From NCBI GenBank assembly GCA_040755115.1, contig JBFMBQ010000044.1, positions 1 through 12,204 on the forward strand: 12,204 bases of DNA, given 5' to 3'. This document shows positions 1-8,058 of this stretch, piece after piece; within the stretch, counting starts at the first letter, position 1, and each line of letters starts with the position of its first letter. The position numbers were made by a program, and so were the translations under genes. The notes under the pieces are model-generated. The model was not told the DNA's origin and did no database searches. It was given only the letters and a program-made list of their open reading frames with translations. The DNA is from a bacterium. GTDB taxonomy: Bacteria > UBP15 > UBA6099 > JBFMBQ01.

Positions 1-160
1 CAGGCGTCTACGAGGTCGGCGCAAACTTCGTCAAGATAGAACACCATGACCGTGAAAAAATCGGGGACTATGTTCATTATCATCAGAAGAAGTGGAAAAA
101 CCCCACAGTCCAATAATAATCGGATTTGATTCCATTCAAAAAGTGCGAGGCATAATTTAG

Positions 161-261
161 TAACCAGCAACCAGTAGCCATTAACCAGCATTAGCGGATT
201 AACCTTAATTTTCCCTGATTTTCCCCGGCTACTGGCTACTATCTACTGGCTACTGTTCTAT
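161..261. repeat. Opposed heptamer tandem arrays, (AACCAGC)n at 162-203 and (GGCTACT)n at 227-261, across the adh stop codon
   Basis: aaccagc aaccagt agccatt aaccagc ... and ggctact ggctact atctact ggctact gttctat. The left arm contains agtagcc, which is the reverse complement of ggctact. Confidence 0.7.
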
Positions 262-1282
262 TTGGGTGAATAATCACTTTGATAGAATCTTGCGCTCTAA
301 CAACGAGGCGGAAGCCCAAGCCGGTTTCGTCAAGCGTGAGGCGATGCGTTATCATCTCCGACACAGGCACACGCCTGCCTCTTATCAGTTCAAGCGCCTC
401 CAGATGGTCTGACGGGCTGCCGGCGTAAGATGTTGTGATAGTTACATCGTTCCGCCAGAAAAGATCGTTCACCGACAGCGGCACGGTTACGCCCCTGTTC
501 GTAGGTGCGAACAGGAGTATCGTGCCGCCGCGTTCAATCGTGTTGAATGCCTGTTGTATTGCCGATTCCGCTCCCGTGCACACGATCACGCGGTCGGCGA
601 GGAAACCGTTGTTGAGTTCGCGGAAACGCTCGCTCAGGTTTTCATCTGCGTTGAAGGTAACATCGGCGCCGAACCTGCGCGCAGCCGCAAGTCGGAAATC
701 AGCCACATCGGTCGCAGCAATGAAGCCTGCGCCGCGGGCGCGTGCAAGAGCGATGTGGAGCAGCCCCGAGATACCGCTGCCGATTACGAGCACGCTGTCG
801 CCGGGCTGCAATCCTGCGCGCCGCTGCCCGCGCAGCACGCACGCTATCGGCTCTATAAATGTCGCCTCGTCAAAAGTTACCTCATCCGGAAGAAGATATA
901 CACCCTGCCGCACATTGATCGCGGGCACGCGGACGAATTCGGCGAACCCGCCGGGGTCAAAGTTTGTCCGCCTCAGCGTCTCGCACACAGTGTGGTTGCC
1001 GCGCAGGCAATGACGGCACTCGTTGCATGGGACATGGTGCGAGGCGGAAATGCGGTCGCCTTCCTTCCAACTTTCAACTCCTTCGCCCACGGCGACAACC
1101 ACGCCGGCAATCTCATGCCCCAGAACCATCGGCGCTTTGTGGACCCGATACCACTCCATAAGGTCGCTGCCGCAGATGCCGCTCGCCTCTATGCGCACGA
1201 GGAGTTCGCCGGCGCCGACCTGAGGCGTGGGCATCTCCTCCACGCGCACATCGTTGTTGTTGTAATACATCGCTACTCTCAT
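239..1282 (-). CDS. Zn-dependent alcohol dehydrogenase (medium-chain dehydrogenase/reductase family; threonine/sorbitol dehydrogenase-like)
   Basis: 347-aa ORF. N-terminal GHE and ASGICGSDL catalytic-zinc motifs, the HVPCNECRHCLRGNHTVC structural-zinc cysteine cluster, and a VIGSGISG Rossmann motif. The likelier true start is the internal Met (MYYNNNDVRVEE, about 1270). It ends 5 bp before xseB, consistent with co-transcription. Confidence 0.85.
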   Translation of the reverse strand: MRVAMYYNNNDVRVEEMPTPQVGAGELLVRIEASGICGSDLMEWYRVHKAPMVLGHEIAGVVVAVGEGVESWKEGDRISASHHVPCNECRHCLRGNHTVCETLRRTNFDPGGFAEFVRVPAINVRQGVYLLPDEVTFDEATFIEPIACVLRGQRRAGLQPGDSVLVIGSGISGLLHIALARARGAGFIAATDVADFRLAAARRFGADVTFNADENLSERFRELNNGFLADRVIVCTGAESAIQQAFNTIERGGTILLFAPTNRGVTVPLSVNDLFWRNDVTITTSYAGSPSDHLEALELIRGRRVPVSEMITHRLTLDETGLGFRLVVRAQDSIKVIIHPNRTVASR

Positions 1283-1287
1283 TTTTG

Positions 1288-1506
1288 TTATTCGGCGGTG
1301 CGTTCTTCTTCGCCTTCTACAAGTTTCGTAACTTTCATCTCCGCCTCTTCAAGGAATTTCTGGCAGCCTTTCGCTATCCGAATGCCTTCTTCAAAAAGAC
1401 GGACTGTCTCTTCAAGCGGCGCCTCACCGCTCTCTATTTTTTTTACGATCTCCTCAAGTTTCTTTAGATCATCTTCAAAGTTCTGTTTCTGTCCCTTTGC
1501 GCTCAA
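1288..1506 (-). CDS. xseB: Exodeoxyribonuclease VII small subunit
   Basis: 72-aa acidic helical protein (FEDDLKKLEEIVKKIESGEAPLEETVRLFEEGIRIAKGCQKFLEEAEMKV), typical XseB. TTG start with a GGGAGG site 6 nt upstream on the minus strand. Confidence 0.88.
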   Translation of the reverse strand: MSAKGQKQNFEDDLKKLEEIVKKIESGEAPLEETVRLFEEGIRIAKGCQKFLEEAEMKVTKLVEGEEERTAE

Positions 1507-1666
1507 TGCACACCTCCCGTGTCTGTTATTTGATTCTTACACGCTCACAATGAGAAAAATGCTCTCAAAACGAATGCCGAATACCGATTAACGAATATTG
1601 AATTATGAAGTAAATTCTTTGATTCTTTGTTCGTTATTCTGAATTCCTTGTTCAATATTCAATATT

Positions 1667-2875
1667 CTATGTTACTTCAATGCTTTCCGCCGTTGAATAG
1701 AAACTCCCATCGGCTAAAACGGTCTTCAGCCGTTGATGCGGTCTGACCTGTGAAACAGTCCGAAGCAGCATACCGGTGGCTGCATCGTAACATAACGAAT
1801 ATCCTCGCGAGAGCACCGCGCTCGGATCAAGCGATTCCAGACGCTCCATCAGGCTGGTGGTTTTGTGATGCAAACCCTCCATCCGATGCCTTGTTGTCAT
1901 TTCCGCAGCGGCAATGCGTTCATCAATCATCTGCTGTCTTTGTCTCACTATATCAAAAAATCGCCGCGGCGTCAGCACTGCTGTGAGCGCGCCGAGGAAG
2001 GCACGCCTGAGGTCAATCCTTGACTGCGCCGAATGCGTTAACACTGAAACTGCCCGCGCAATTCTGCTTTTCACTTCTTCAAGCGACGGAACGGACATCT
2101 CGGCAGCTGCCGAGGGTGTCGGCGCACGCACATCGGCGACAAAATCGGCTATCGTGTAATCGGTCTCGTGCCCTACGCCGCTCACTACCGGAACGCGGCG
2201 CCTTGCTATCGCACGCGCAACGATCTCCTCGTTGAAGCCCCACAAGTCCTGGATTGATCCGCCCCCGCGCACAAGAAGTATCAGCGAAACATCAGGTATA
2301 TTCTGCGCTGCCTCAAGGGAACTGACGACACTCCGCGCCGTCTCCTCGCCCTGAACTACTGTGGGCACTATAACGACCTCCACCGCCGGAAACCTGCGTT
2401 CTATCACGCTGAGCACATCCCGTATCGCAGCGCCCGTCGGGGATGTGCACACCGCTATCTTCCATGGAAATTCAGGCAGCCGCTTCTTGCGCGCTTCATC
2501 AAACAAGCCCTCCTCTTTAAGTTTCTTCTTCAGTTGCTCAAACTTCAGATACAGCGCGCCTATGCCGGCGGGTCTTATGCTGCGCACATAAAACTGGTAT
2601 TCTCCGCGCTTCTCATACACGCCGACCGAGCCGAACACGACCACATGCATGCCGTTCGCCAGTTCCATCTCGGCTGCGGAAACGGCATAAGCGCGGAACA
2701 TAACCGCACGAATCTGGCTCCCCTCATCCTTCAAGGTGAAATAAATATGCCCCGATGCGTGGCGCACGAAATCCGAGATCTCTCCTTCAAGCCACACATT
2801 CTGGAGGGTATCTTCGTCTTCAAGGACATTCTTTATGATTTCGGTAATCTCTGATATTGTCAGAACTTTTTCCAT
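1667..2875 (-). CDS. xseA: Exodeoxyribonuclease VII large subunit
   Basis: 402 aa from the MEKVLTISEITE start. N-terminal OB-fold region (VWLEGEISDF...GHIYFTLKD) followed by the ExoVII catalytic region. The six-frame ORF extends 14 codons further upstream, but the MEKV Met gives the canonical XseA N-terminus. Confidence 0.88.
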   Translation of the reverse strand: MEKVLTISEITEIIKNVLEDEDTLQNVWLEGEISDFVRHASGHIYFTLKDEGSQIRAVMFRAYAVSAAEMELANGMHVVVFGSVGVYEKRGEYQFYVRSIRPAGIGALYLKFEQLKKKLKEEGLFDEARKKRLPEFPWKIAVCTSPTGAAIRDVLSVIERRFPAVEVVIVPTVVQGEETARSVVSSLEAAQNIPDVSLILLVRGGGSIQDLWGFNEEIVARAIARRRVPVVSGVGHETDYTIADFVADVRAPTPSAAAEMSVPSLEEVKSRIARAVSVLTHSAQSRIDLRRAFLGALTAVLTPRRFFDIVRQRQQMIDERIAAAEMTTRHRMEGLHHKTTSLMERLESLDPSAVLSRGYSLCYDAATGMLLRTVSQVRPHQRLKTVLADGSFYSTAESIEVT

Positions 2876-2970
2876 ATCAAATTCTTGGTATTTTAGTTGT
2901 AAGTTGTAGGGCGGCATATCCGTATGCCGCCGATTCTATCCTGTTCCCGCTCCCGTTCCCGATGTTGTAC

Positions 2971-2992
2971 GGCGCGGTGCGGAGACCGCGCC
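2971..2992 (+). repeat. GC-rich hairpin repeat type B (ggcgcggt gcggag accgcgcc); a second identical copy lies at 11138-11159
   Basis: An identical 22-nt hairpin with identical flanks (acggcgcggtgcggagaccgcgccct) occurs twice, 8 kb apart. At this copy, CAAC and TTTTTTATT follow, which is terminator-like on the plus strand. Confidence 0.8.
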
Positions 2993-3042
2993 CTGCAACT
3001 TTTTTATTCTTATTTTAACGATTTTGTGTCATAATTTAGTTT

Positions 3043-4506
3043 ATGTCAAATCAATCAGTGTATCATAAAAGAGTTAAAGTCGGCATCGTTTCCTTCACAG
3101 ACACGCGCGAGGTTGCAGGTATTGATGTGATCAACAGGCGGAATCTGAAGTATCAGTCGTCGCTTGCATCTTATATGCGCAAGGGCGGATTTGATGTAGT
3201 AGAGGCTGTGGGGCGGCAGAATGTAAATTCAAAGCGGCTGGCGGCGGAGGCTGCGCACAGGCTGCTTGCGGAGGAAGTTGACTGCGTTGCCATCGGCTGC
3301 TGGAAGTGGACTGATCCGATGCTGGTGGTTGAACTTGTGCGGCGGATAGGCTGCCCAGTTATGCTTGTAGGAGTGAACGATCCAGACGCGACGGCACTGG
3401 GGTGCATAGCGGCGGTCGGCGCTGCGTTGTGGGAGATAGCGCCGGGGGACAATGCGCTGCGCCACGAGCGGTGCCTGACGGGATTTGACCGAGTGAGTTG
3501 CTGGGCGCGCGGTGCGGGCGCGCTGACGCGCCTTCGGCGGTCGTCAATCCTGCTGTGGGGCGGCTCCTACTGCCTGAAGATGCCGCACCTTGAAGATGAC
3601 AACTCGTATCTGAAATCTTTCCTGATCGGTGATATTCTCAACGAGGATCAGTATGTCCTTATCAGGGGCGCGGATGAGTTGCTTAAAAGCAATATGAACA
3701 GGATTACAAAGTTTATAAACAAGTGCGAAGGCAAAGGGATGATGATGGCCTTTGATGCGCGCATGTTCACGCCGGATGCGCTGCGGCGGCAGGTGGCGCT
3801 CTACCTTGCGGCAAAGGACCGCCTGAAAGAACTTGCGCTGGATGAAAACATAGCGGGCGTCTCGGTCAAATGCCAGCCTGAAATTTCCGAGGTTTACGGC
3901 GTAACAGCATGCACCATTCCTGCTTTCGTCCCATACACCGAAGACGCCGAGGGCAGGAAACCGCTGTATGCAGCAGTGTGCGAGGGCGATATAAAGGGAT
4001 TGATCACATCTGTTGCGCTACAGTTCATGAGCGGGAAGCCGGCGGGTTTCGGCGACATCCGCACGCTGAAGGCGGACGGCAGAGAACACCTTGTGATTTC
4101 CAACTGCGGCGGGGCGTCAATTTATTACAGCCGTCTTGCCGGCAGATTCGCGGAAGATGCCGCCGGCGTAGATATGTCGGCGCAGTGTCAGGGCGCTTCG
4201 GGCGGCGCAGTGGGATACAGAAGCCCTGGCTTTGGGGAAGTAACGGTTGCGCGGCTGATCCGTATCGCCGGCGAGTATCGTATGCAGTATGCAGTGGGAA
4301 ATGCGGTGGAGACAAAGCAGGAGTGGCTCAACCAATTAGGCTGGGGAAGTATGTGGCCCATAACAGTGATTGATATTGGTCTTGACCTTGAAGATTTTGT
4401 ATCAAGGGTAAGCAGCAATCATTTTTCATTTATTCCGGGTGATTTTTCGGGTGAGATTGAATTTTTCTGTTCGGCAGCGGGGATAGAAGTTGAAAGGATG
4501 GAATGA
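3043..4506 (+). CDS. L-arabinose/L-fucose isomerase superfamily sugar isomerase
   Basis: 487 aa. N-terminal KVGIVSF segment and a C-terminal SSNHFSFIPGD segment that resembles the His-containing C-terminal region of AraA/FucI-type isomerases. No sugar transport or kinase genes nearby. Family-level call only. Confidence 0.55.
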   Translation: MSNQSVYHKRVKVGIVSFTDTREVAGIDVINRRNLKYQSSLASYMRKGGFDVVEAVGRQNVNSKRLAAEAAHRLLAEEVDCVAIGCWKWTDPMLVVELVRRIGCPVMLVGVNDPDATALGCIAAVGAALWEIAPGDNALRHERCLTGFDRVSCWARGAGALTRLRRSSILLWGGSYCLKMPHLEDDNSYLKSFLIGDILNEDQYVLIRGADELLKSNMNRITKFINKCEGKGMMMAFDARMFTPDALRRQVALYLAAKDRLKELALDENIAGVSVKCQPEISEVYGVTACTIPAFVPYTEDAEGRKPLYAAVCEGDIKGLITSVALQFMSGKPAGFGDIRTLKADGREHLVISNCGGASIYYSRLAGRFAEDAAGVDMSAQCQGASGGAVGYRSPGFGEVTVARLIRIAGEYRMQYAVGNAVETKQEWLNQLGWGSMWPITVIDIGLDLEDFVSRVSSNHFSFIPGDFSGEIEFFCSAAGIEVERME

Positions 4507-4536
4507 ATGCGGAATGCGGAATGTGGAGTGCGGATG

Positions 4537-4560
4537 CACCCCCAAACAAGTTTGGGGGTG
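4537..4560. repeat. GC-rich hairpin repeat type A (cacccccaaac NN gtttgggggtg); a second, slightly divergent copy lies at 11108-11131
   Basis: An 11-bp perfect stem at 4537-4560, preceded by about five heptamer repeats, TGCGGAA-like, at 4501-4535. The second copy sits directly 5' of hairpin B. Confidence 0.8.
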
Positions 4561-4594
4561 GCACAGCGAGCGAAATGAAAAACGAGACATGGAT

Positions 4595-4623
4595 TTGAAA
4601 CGATTATGAAAGTAGTGTATAAC
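4595..4623 (+). promoter_or_regulatory. Sigma-70-like promoter for the stomatin-like gene
   Basis: -35 TTGAAA (4595-4600), a 17-bp spacer, TG-extended -10 TATAAC (4616-4623), and an AGGAGG ribosome-binding site at 4641-4646. Confidence 0.55.
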
Positions 4624-4652
4624 TACAGAAAATAATAAGAAGGAGGTAAAAG

Positions 4653-5432
4653 ATGGGACCGAACATGAGTTCATTTGTTGTGATTATTGTAATCGGTGTT
4701 CTTTTTCTTGTTTCGGCGATCAAGATCATCCCTGAGTATGAGCGTGTGGTCGTTTTCAGGCTGGGGCGGTTGAGCAAGGCGCTGGTCGGCGGCCACGGAC
4801 CAGGGCTGGTAATAATCATCCCCGGCGTAGACCGTGTGGTGCGTGTTGACCTGCGCGTCATAACAATGGATGTGCCCACGCAGGAGGCGATCACACGCGA
4901 CAATGTGCCCGTGAAGGTAAACGCGGTGATCTACTTCCGGGTAATGAATCCGCAGAACGCAATAGTGGAGGTGGAAAACTTCATCGCTGCCACATCGCAG
5001 ATAGCGCAGACCACACTGCGCAGCGTTCTGGGGCAGTCGGAACTTGACGAACTGCTTTCACAGCGTGAAAAGATCAATCAGCGGCTACAGACTATCGTTG
5101 ATGATCACACCGATCCGTGGGGAATCAAGGTATCAACTGTGGAGGTCAAGGATGTAGAACTCCCGCAGGGGATGCAGCGGGCGATGGCGAAGCAGGCGGA
5201 AGCGGAGCGCGAGAGGCGCGCCAAGATCATCGCCGCTGAGGGCGAATTCCAGGCGTCACAGAAACTCGCCGACGCCGCTGGTGTTATCAGCGAACACCCG
5301 ATAGCGCTCCAACTGCGCTTCCTGCAAACCCTAACCGAAATCGCCACTGAACACAATTCCACCACCATCTTCCCTGTCCCCATTGACCTGTTCACGCCGT
5401 TCATCAAACAACTTAAAGGCGATAAGACATAG
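4653..5432 (+). CDS. SPFH/band-7 family protein, stomatin-like (PH1511/QmcA-type)
   Basis: 259 aa. N-terminal transmembrane helix ([16 protein letters not shown]), an SPFH core ([15 protein letters not shown]...[25 protein letters not shown]) and a C-terminal coiled-coil ([22 protein letters not shown]). AGGAGG site 6 nt upstream of the ATG. Confidence 0.9.
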   Translation: MGPNMSSFVVIIVIGVLFLVSAIKIIPEYERVVVFRLGRLSKALVGGHGPGLVIIIPGVDRVVRVDLRVITMDVPTQEAITRDNVPVKVNAVIYFRVMNPQNAIVEVENFIAATSQIAQTTLRSVLGQSELDELLSQREKINQRLQTIVDDHTDPWGIKVSTVEVKDVELPQGMQRAMAKQAEAERERRAKIIAAEGEFQASQKLADAAGVISEHPIALQLRFLQTLTEIATEHNSTTIFPVPIDLFTPFIKQLKGDKT

Positions 5433-5448
5433 TTTTATAGAACTTATG

Positions 5449-5501
5449 GAACCACTGATTAACACTGATTATCCGTGTTTATCTGTGTTCATCTGTGGTT
5501 C
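5449..5501. repeat. Small element with GAACCAC/GTGGTTC terminal inverted repeats enclosing five phased decamers (A[AT]C[CT]GTG[AT]TT)
   Basis: accactgatt / aacactgatt / atccgtgttt / atctgtgttc / atctgtggtt, in exact 10-bp phase. Confidence 0.75.
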
Positions 5502-5537
5502 AATTTTTTATTCTTTCCCGTTGATTTTCCGTAAGGT

Positions 5538-6506
5538 GTGACTGAAACAGAACAAAAGGATATTCACTTAACGGCAGAAGATGATGCGCAGCGGCTGGAC
5601 ATCTTCCTGCTTTCCTGCCTGCCCGGTTTTTCCCGCACTTATGTACAGAAACTGATCCGCAACGGACTTGTGCGCGTGAACGCTGCCGCCGCCAAGCCCG
5701 CCGACCGCATCAGGCGCAACGACCGCATTCGCATATCGCTGCCGCCGCCGGCAGAAACAAATATCCGCCCCGAAGCAATACCGCTTGATGTCGTCTATGA
5801 GGATGATCACCTGATCGTCATAAACAAACCCGTTGGGATGAATGTTCACCCTGTGCCGCACTGCATCAGCGGCACGCTCGTCAACGCAGTCCTTCATCAC
5901 TGCGACCGCCTTTCGGGCATCGGCGGTACCGCGCGCCCGGGCATCGTTCACAGACTTGACAAGGAAACTTCCGGGCTGATCGTGGTGGCGAAAACCGATG
6001 CCGCGCATCTGTCGCTTGCCGCACAGTTTCACGATCACACCATAACCAAATGGTATACCGCAGTCGTCTATGGAAGTTTGAAAAGAGATAAGGTGCGTGT
6101 GGATTTGCCAATAGGTCGCTCGCCGATAAACCGCAAAAAAATGGCGGTCGTTGCAAAAGGCGGCAGGCAGGCGGTAACGGAATTTCAGGCTGCGGAGCGG
6201 TTTAAGTATTTCACTTTACTTGATGTAAGAACCTTCACCGGCAGGACGCACCAGATACGCGTCCACGCTGCGCACATCGGACATCCTGTCGCCGGCGACG
6301 CCCTTTACAGCGGAAGAAAAAGAATAGGGTCAGGTCTTGAATCTGGAATATTGCAAAAGGCGCTGAATGTCCTGAAAGGGCACGCCCTGCATGCGAAACG
6401 GCTCGTTTTCTGTCACCCGATTACAGAGAAGGATATGGCTTTTGAAGCGCCGCTGCGCGAGGATATCACGCGCTTTATAGAAACAATCCGCAGCGTCGGG
6501 GATTGA
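5538..6506 (+). CDS. rluD: 23S rRNA pseudouridine synthase, RluA family (RluD-like, with N-terminal S4 domain)
   Basis: 322 aa. An S4-like N-terminus (RLDIFLLSCLPGFSRTYVQKLIRNGLVRVN), the catalytic HRLDKETSGLIVVAKT motif and the GRTHQIRVH motif. GTG start immediately after an in-frame stop. Confidence 0.85.
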   Translation: MTETEQKDIHLTAEDDAQRLDIFLLSCLPGFSRTYVQKLIRNGLVRVNAAAAKPADRIRRNDRIRISLPPPAETNIRPEAIPLDVVYEDDHLIVINKPVGMNVHPVPHCISGTLVNAVLHHCDRLSGIGGTARPGIVHRLDKETSGLIVVAKTDAAHLSLAAQFHDHTITKWYTAVVYGSLKRDKVRVDLPIGRSPINRKKMAVVAKGGRQAVTEFQAAERFKYFTLLDVRTFTGRTHQIRVHAAHIGHPVAGDALYSGRKRIGSGLESGILQKALNVLKGHALHAKRLVFCHPITEKDMAFEAPLREDITRFIETIRSVGD

Positions 6507-6560
6507 AAAGATTAAGGTTGAAATTTATCTTACAATTATTCATACTGCAATAAAATCTAA

Positions 6561-7922
6561 ATGCAGAAAGAAAGTCTAAAACCCAAAGTCATCCTCCGCC
6601 GCTGCCCCATGCCGGATCCGGACCGGGTAGAGGCAATCATACGGGAGTGCTTTGAAGAACTGGGCGCAGCGCCGCGTGGAAGAGTGCTGATAAAACCCAA
6701 TGTCGTTACCGCTAACCGCGAATACATCCATCATTCCTACACGCATCAGGGCGTGATAGAAGGACTCATCCGCGCGCTGAAGACAAAAAGCAGCGTAACG
6801 GAAATAACCATCGGCGAATCCAGCGGCTTCGGCATCCCGCCCGGACTGTTCCTCCGCGAAGCCGGCTACGATGCGCTCGCACGCAGAATGAAGGTAAGAC
6901 TCGTGGACTTCAATCAGGACGGCACAACCTGGGCGCCGCTGAAAAAAGGCGTTCACCATAAAGGATTTCACGCGCCGCACAGCCTACTTCACGCCGACAC
7001 AAAAATCTGGGCGCCGAAACTGAAATACCACATCTGCTGCGAGATCACCAACGCGCTCAAACTCAACATCGGCTTGCTCTGTCACCGCGAACGCATGCTT
7101 TATCACGATGACAGATTGAATGAGAAAATCGTTGATCTCCTTGAACTCGGTTTTCCCGATCTCGTGGTGAGCGATGCGACCGTCATCGGGCACGGCTATG
7201 AAAGCGCGCCGCAGGGATTCCCGCTGGGATTGATCCTTGTGGCGAACGATCCGCTGGCGGCGGACGCTACAGCAGGCGCCGCGCTGGGTTATGCACCGGA
7301 GCAGATCGTTCACCTGCGCATTGCGCGCGACCGCGGCTACGGCACCATCGCGCTCGCCGACATTGAGATCACAGGCGACTATCCGCTTGACGAACTCGCG
7401 GAAAAAACAAGGCACATCGTCAGCGAATATCAGGACATACACAAACTCAATACGCCTCTGAAATTTTACTGCGGAAATGCGCCCGACCGCGGGGAATTCT
7501 GCTACGGCGGCTGCCTCGCTGCTGTCAAAGGCTGCCTCGGCACAACAGATAAACGCCGCCCCGGCGCAGTGCGCAATGCCCGCCCCGGCGCAATCGTTAC
7601 GGGCATCTATGAGGGCGATGTAATCCATCCCGAACACACGGTGTTGCTGATCGGCGACTGCACGCGCGTCAACGGCAGGCTTGTCGCAAGGCGCACCGTC
7701 AAAATCCCGGGCTGCCCCATCGGCACCTCTTATCTGCTGTTCCGTCTGCCGCTCATCTTCGGAATGCCGACGCCGGCATCCGACCTCCGCAGCGCAGTCC
7801 TGTTCATCTATTTCTCAATCCGCCACTTTTTGCGAAGGCTTATCACTAAAATTGTAAAAATTTCACGCAAAGAGCGCAGAGGCAGGGGCGCACAGCCGTG
7901 CGCCCCTACGGAATCTGTGTAA
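6561..7922 (+). CDS. DUF362 domain-containing protein (probable Fe-S-cluster-associated protein of unknown function)
   Basis: 453 aa. The VLIKPNVV...GESSGFG pattern and the late GCP motif fit DUF362. The last 60-65 residues are low-complexity and are encoded over a GC hairpin and decamer repeats, so the true 3' end may lie earlier. Confidence 0.55.
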   Translation: MQKESLKPKVILRRCPMPDPDRVEAIIRECFEELGAAPRGRVLIKPNVVTANREYIHHSYTHQGVIEGLIRALKTKSSVTEITIGESSGFGIPPGLFLREAGYDALARRMKVRLVDFNQDGTTWAPLKKGVHHKGFHAPHSLLHADTKIWAPKLKYHICCEITNALKLNIGLLCHRERMLYHDDRLNEKIVDLLELGFPDLVVSDATVIGHGYESAPQGFPLGLILVANDPLAADATAGAALGYAPEQIVHLRIARDRGYGTIALADIEITGDYPLDELAEKTRHIVSEYQDIHKLNTPLKFYCGNAPDRGEFCYGGCLAAVKGCLGTTDKRRPGAVRNARPGAIVTGIYEGDVIHPEHTVLLIGDCTRVNGRLVARRTVKIPGCPIGTSYLLFRLPLIFGMPTPASDLRSAVLFIYFSIRHFLRRLITKIVKISRKERRGRGAQPCAPTESV

Positions 7923-7952
7923 TCCGTAAAATCTGCGTCTATCTGCGTCCAA
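7856..7952. repeat. Composite spacer element: an AAAATTTCACGCAAAGAGCGCAGAGG motif, GC hairpin D (ggggcgcac agcc gtgcgcccc, 7885-7906) and four phased ATCTG[TC]GT decamers (7913-7952)
   Basis: The first motif recurs at 9396-9420 (AAAGTTTCACGCGAAGAACGCGAAG), and CGCAGAGG repeats recur at 11271-11296. The decamers are related to those at 5471-5500. Confidence 0.65.
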
Positions 7953-8020
7953 AAATCATCCTCTATTCCAGAAATCTGCCTTTTGCACTAAATTCAACTG
8001 TTAAAAATCTACGCCCTAAG

Positions 8021-8026
8021 TATAAT
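8021..8026 (+). promoter_or_regulatory. Candidate -10 TATAAT upstream of the secreted-protein gene
   Basis: TATAAT 33 nt upstream of the ATG, with no convincing -35. Confidence 0.3.
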
Positions 8027-8058
8027 AGGTAAACCAAATTAGGCTCTGGAGGGCATAT

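Noticed and set aside
1-48. Possible minus-strand gene start (ATG at 46-48, MVFYLDEVCADLVDA...) running off the left edge
   Set aside because: Only 16 codons are visible and there is no clear ribosome-binding site, so it is not annotatable from this window.
435-1591. Plus-strand ORFs of 192 and 345 aa antisense to the alcohol dehydrogenase gene
   Set aside because: Arg/Ser/Ala-rich, low-complexity translations of the opposite strand of a GC-rich, well-supported gene, with no motifs or ribosome-binding site.
1750-2854. Several 70-106-aa plus-strand ORFs inside xseA
   Set aside because: Opposite-strand frames of a confidently identified gene, with no independent support.
3171-4418. Multiple 60-150-aa ORFs on both strands within the isomerase gene
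   Set aside because: Pro/Arg/Ser-rich translations of alternative frames in GC-rich coding DNA.
5449-5501. DnaA-box cluster or CRISPR-like array
   Set aside because: The decamers (TTATCCGTG and the like) differ from TTATCCACA in the last three positions. The units are contiguous 10-mers with no unique spacers, which is not a CRISPR architecture.
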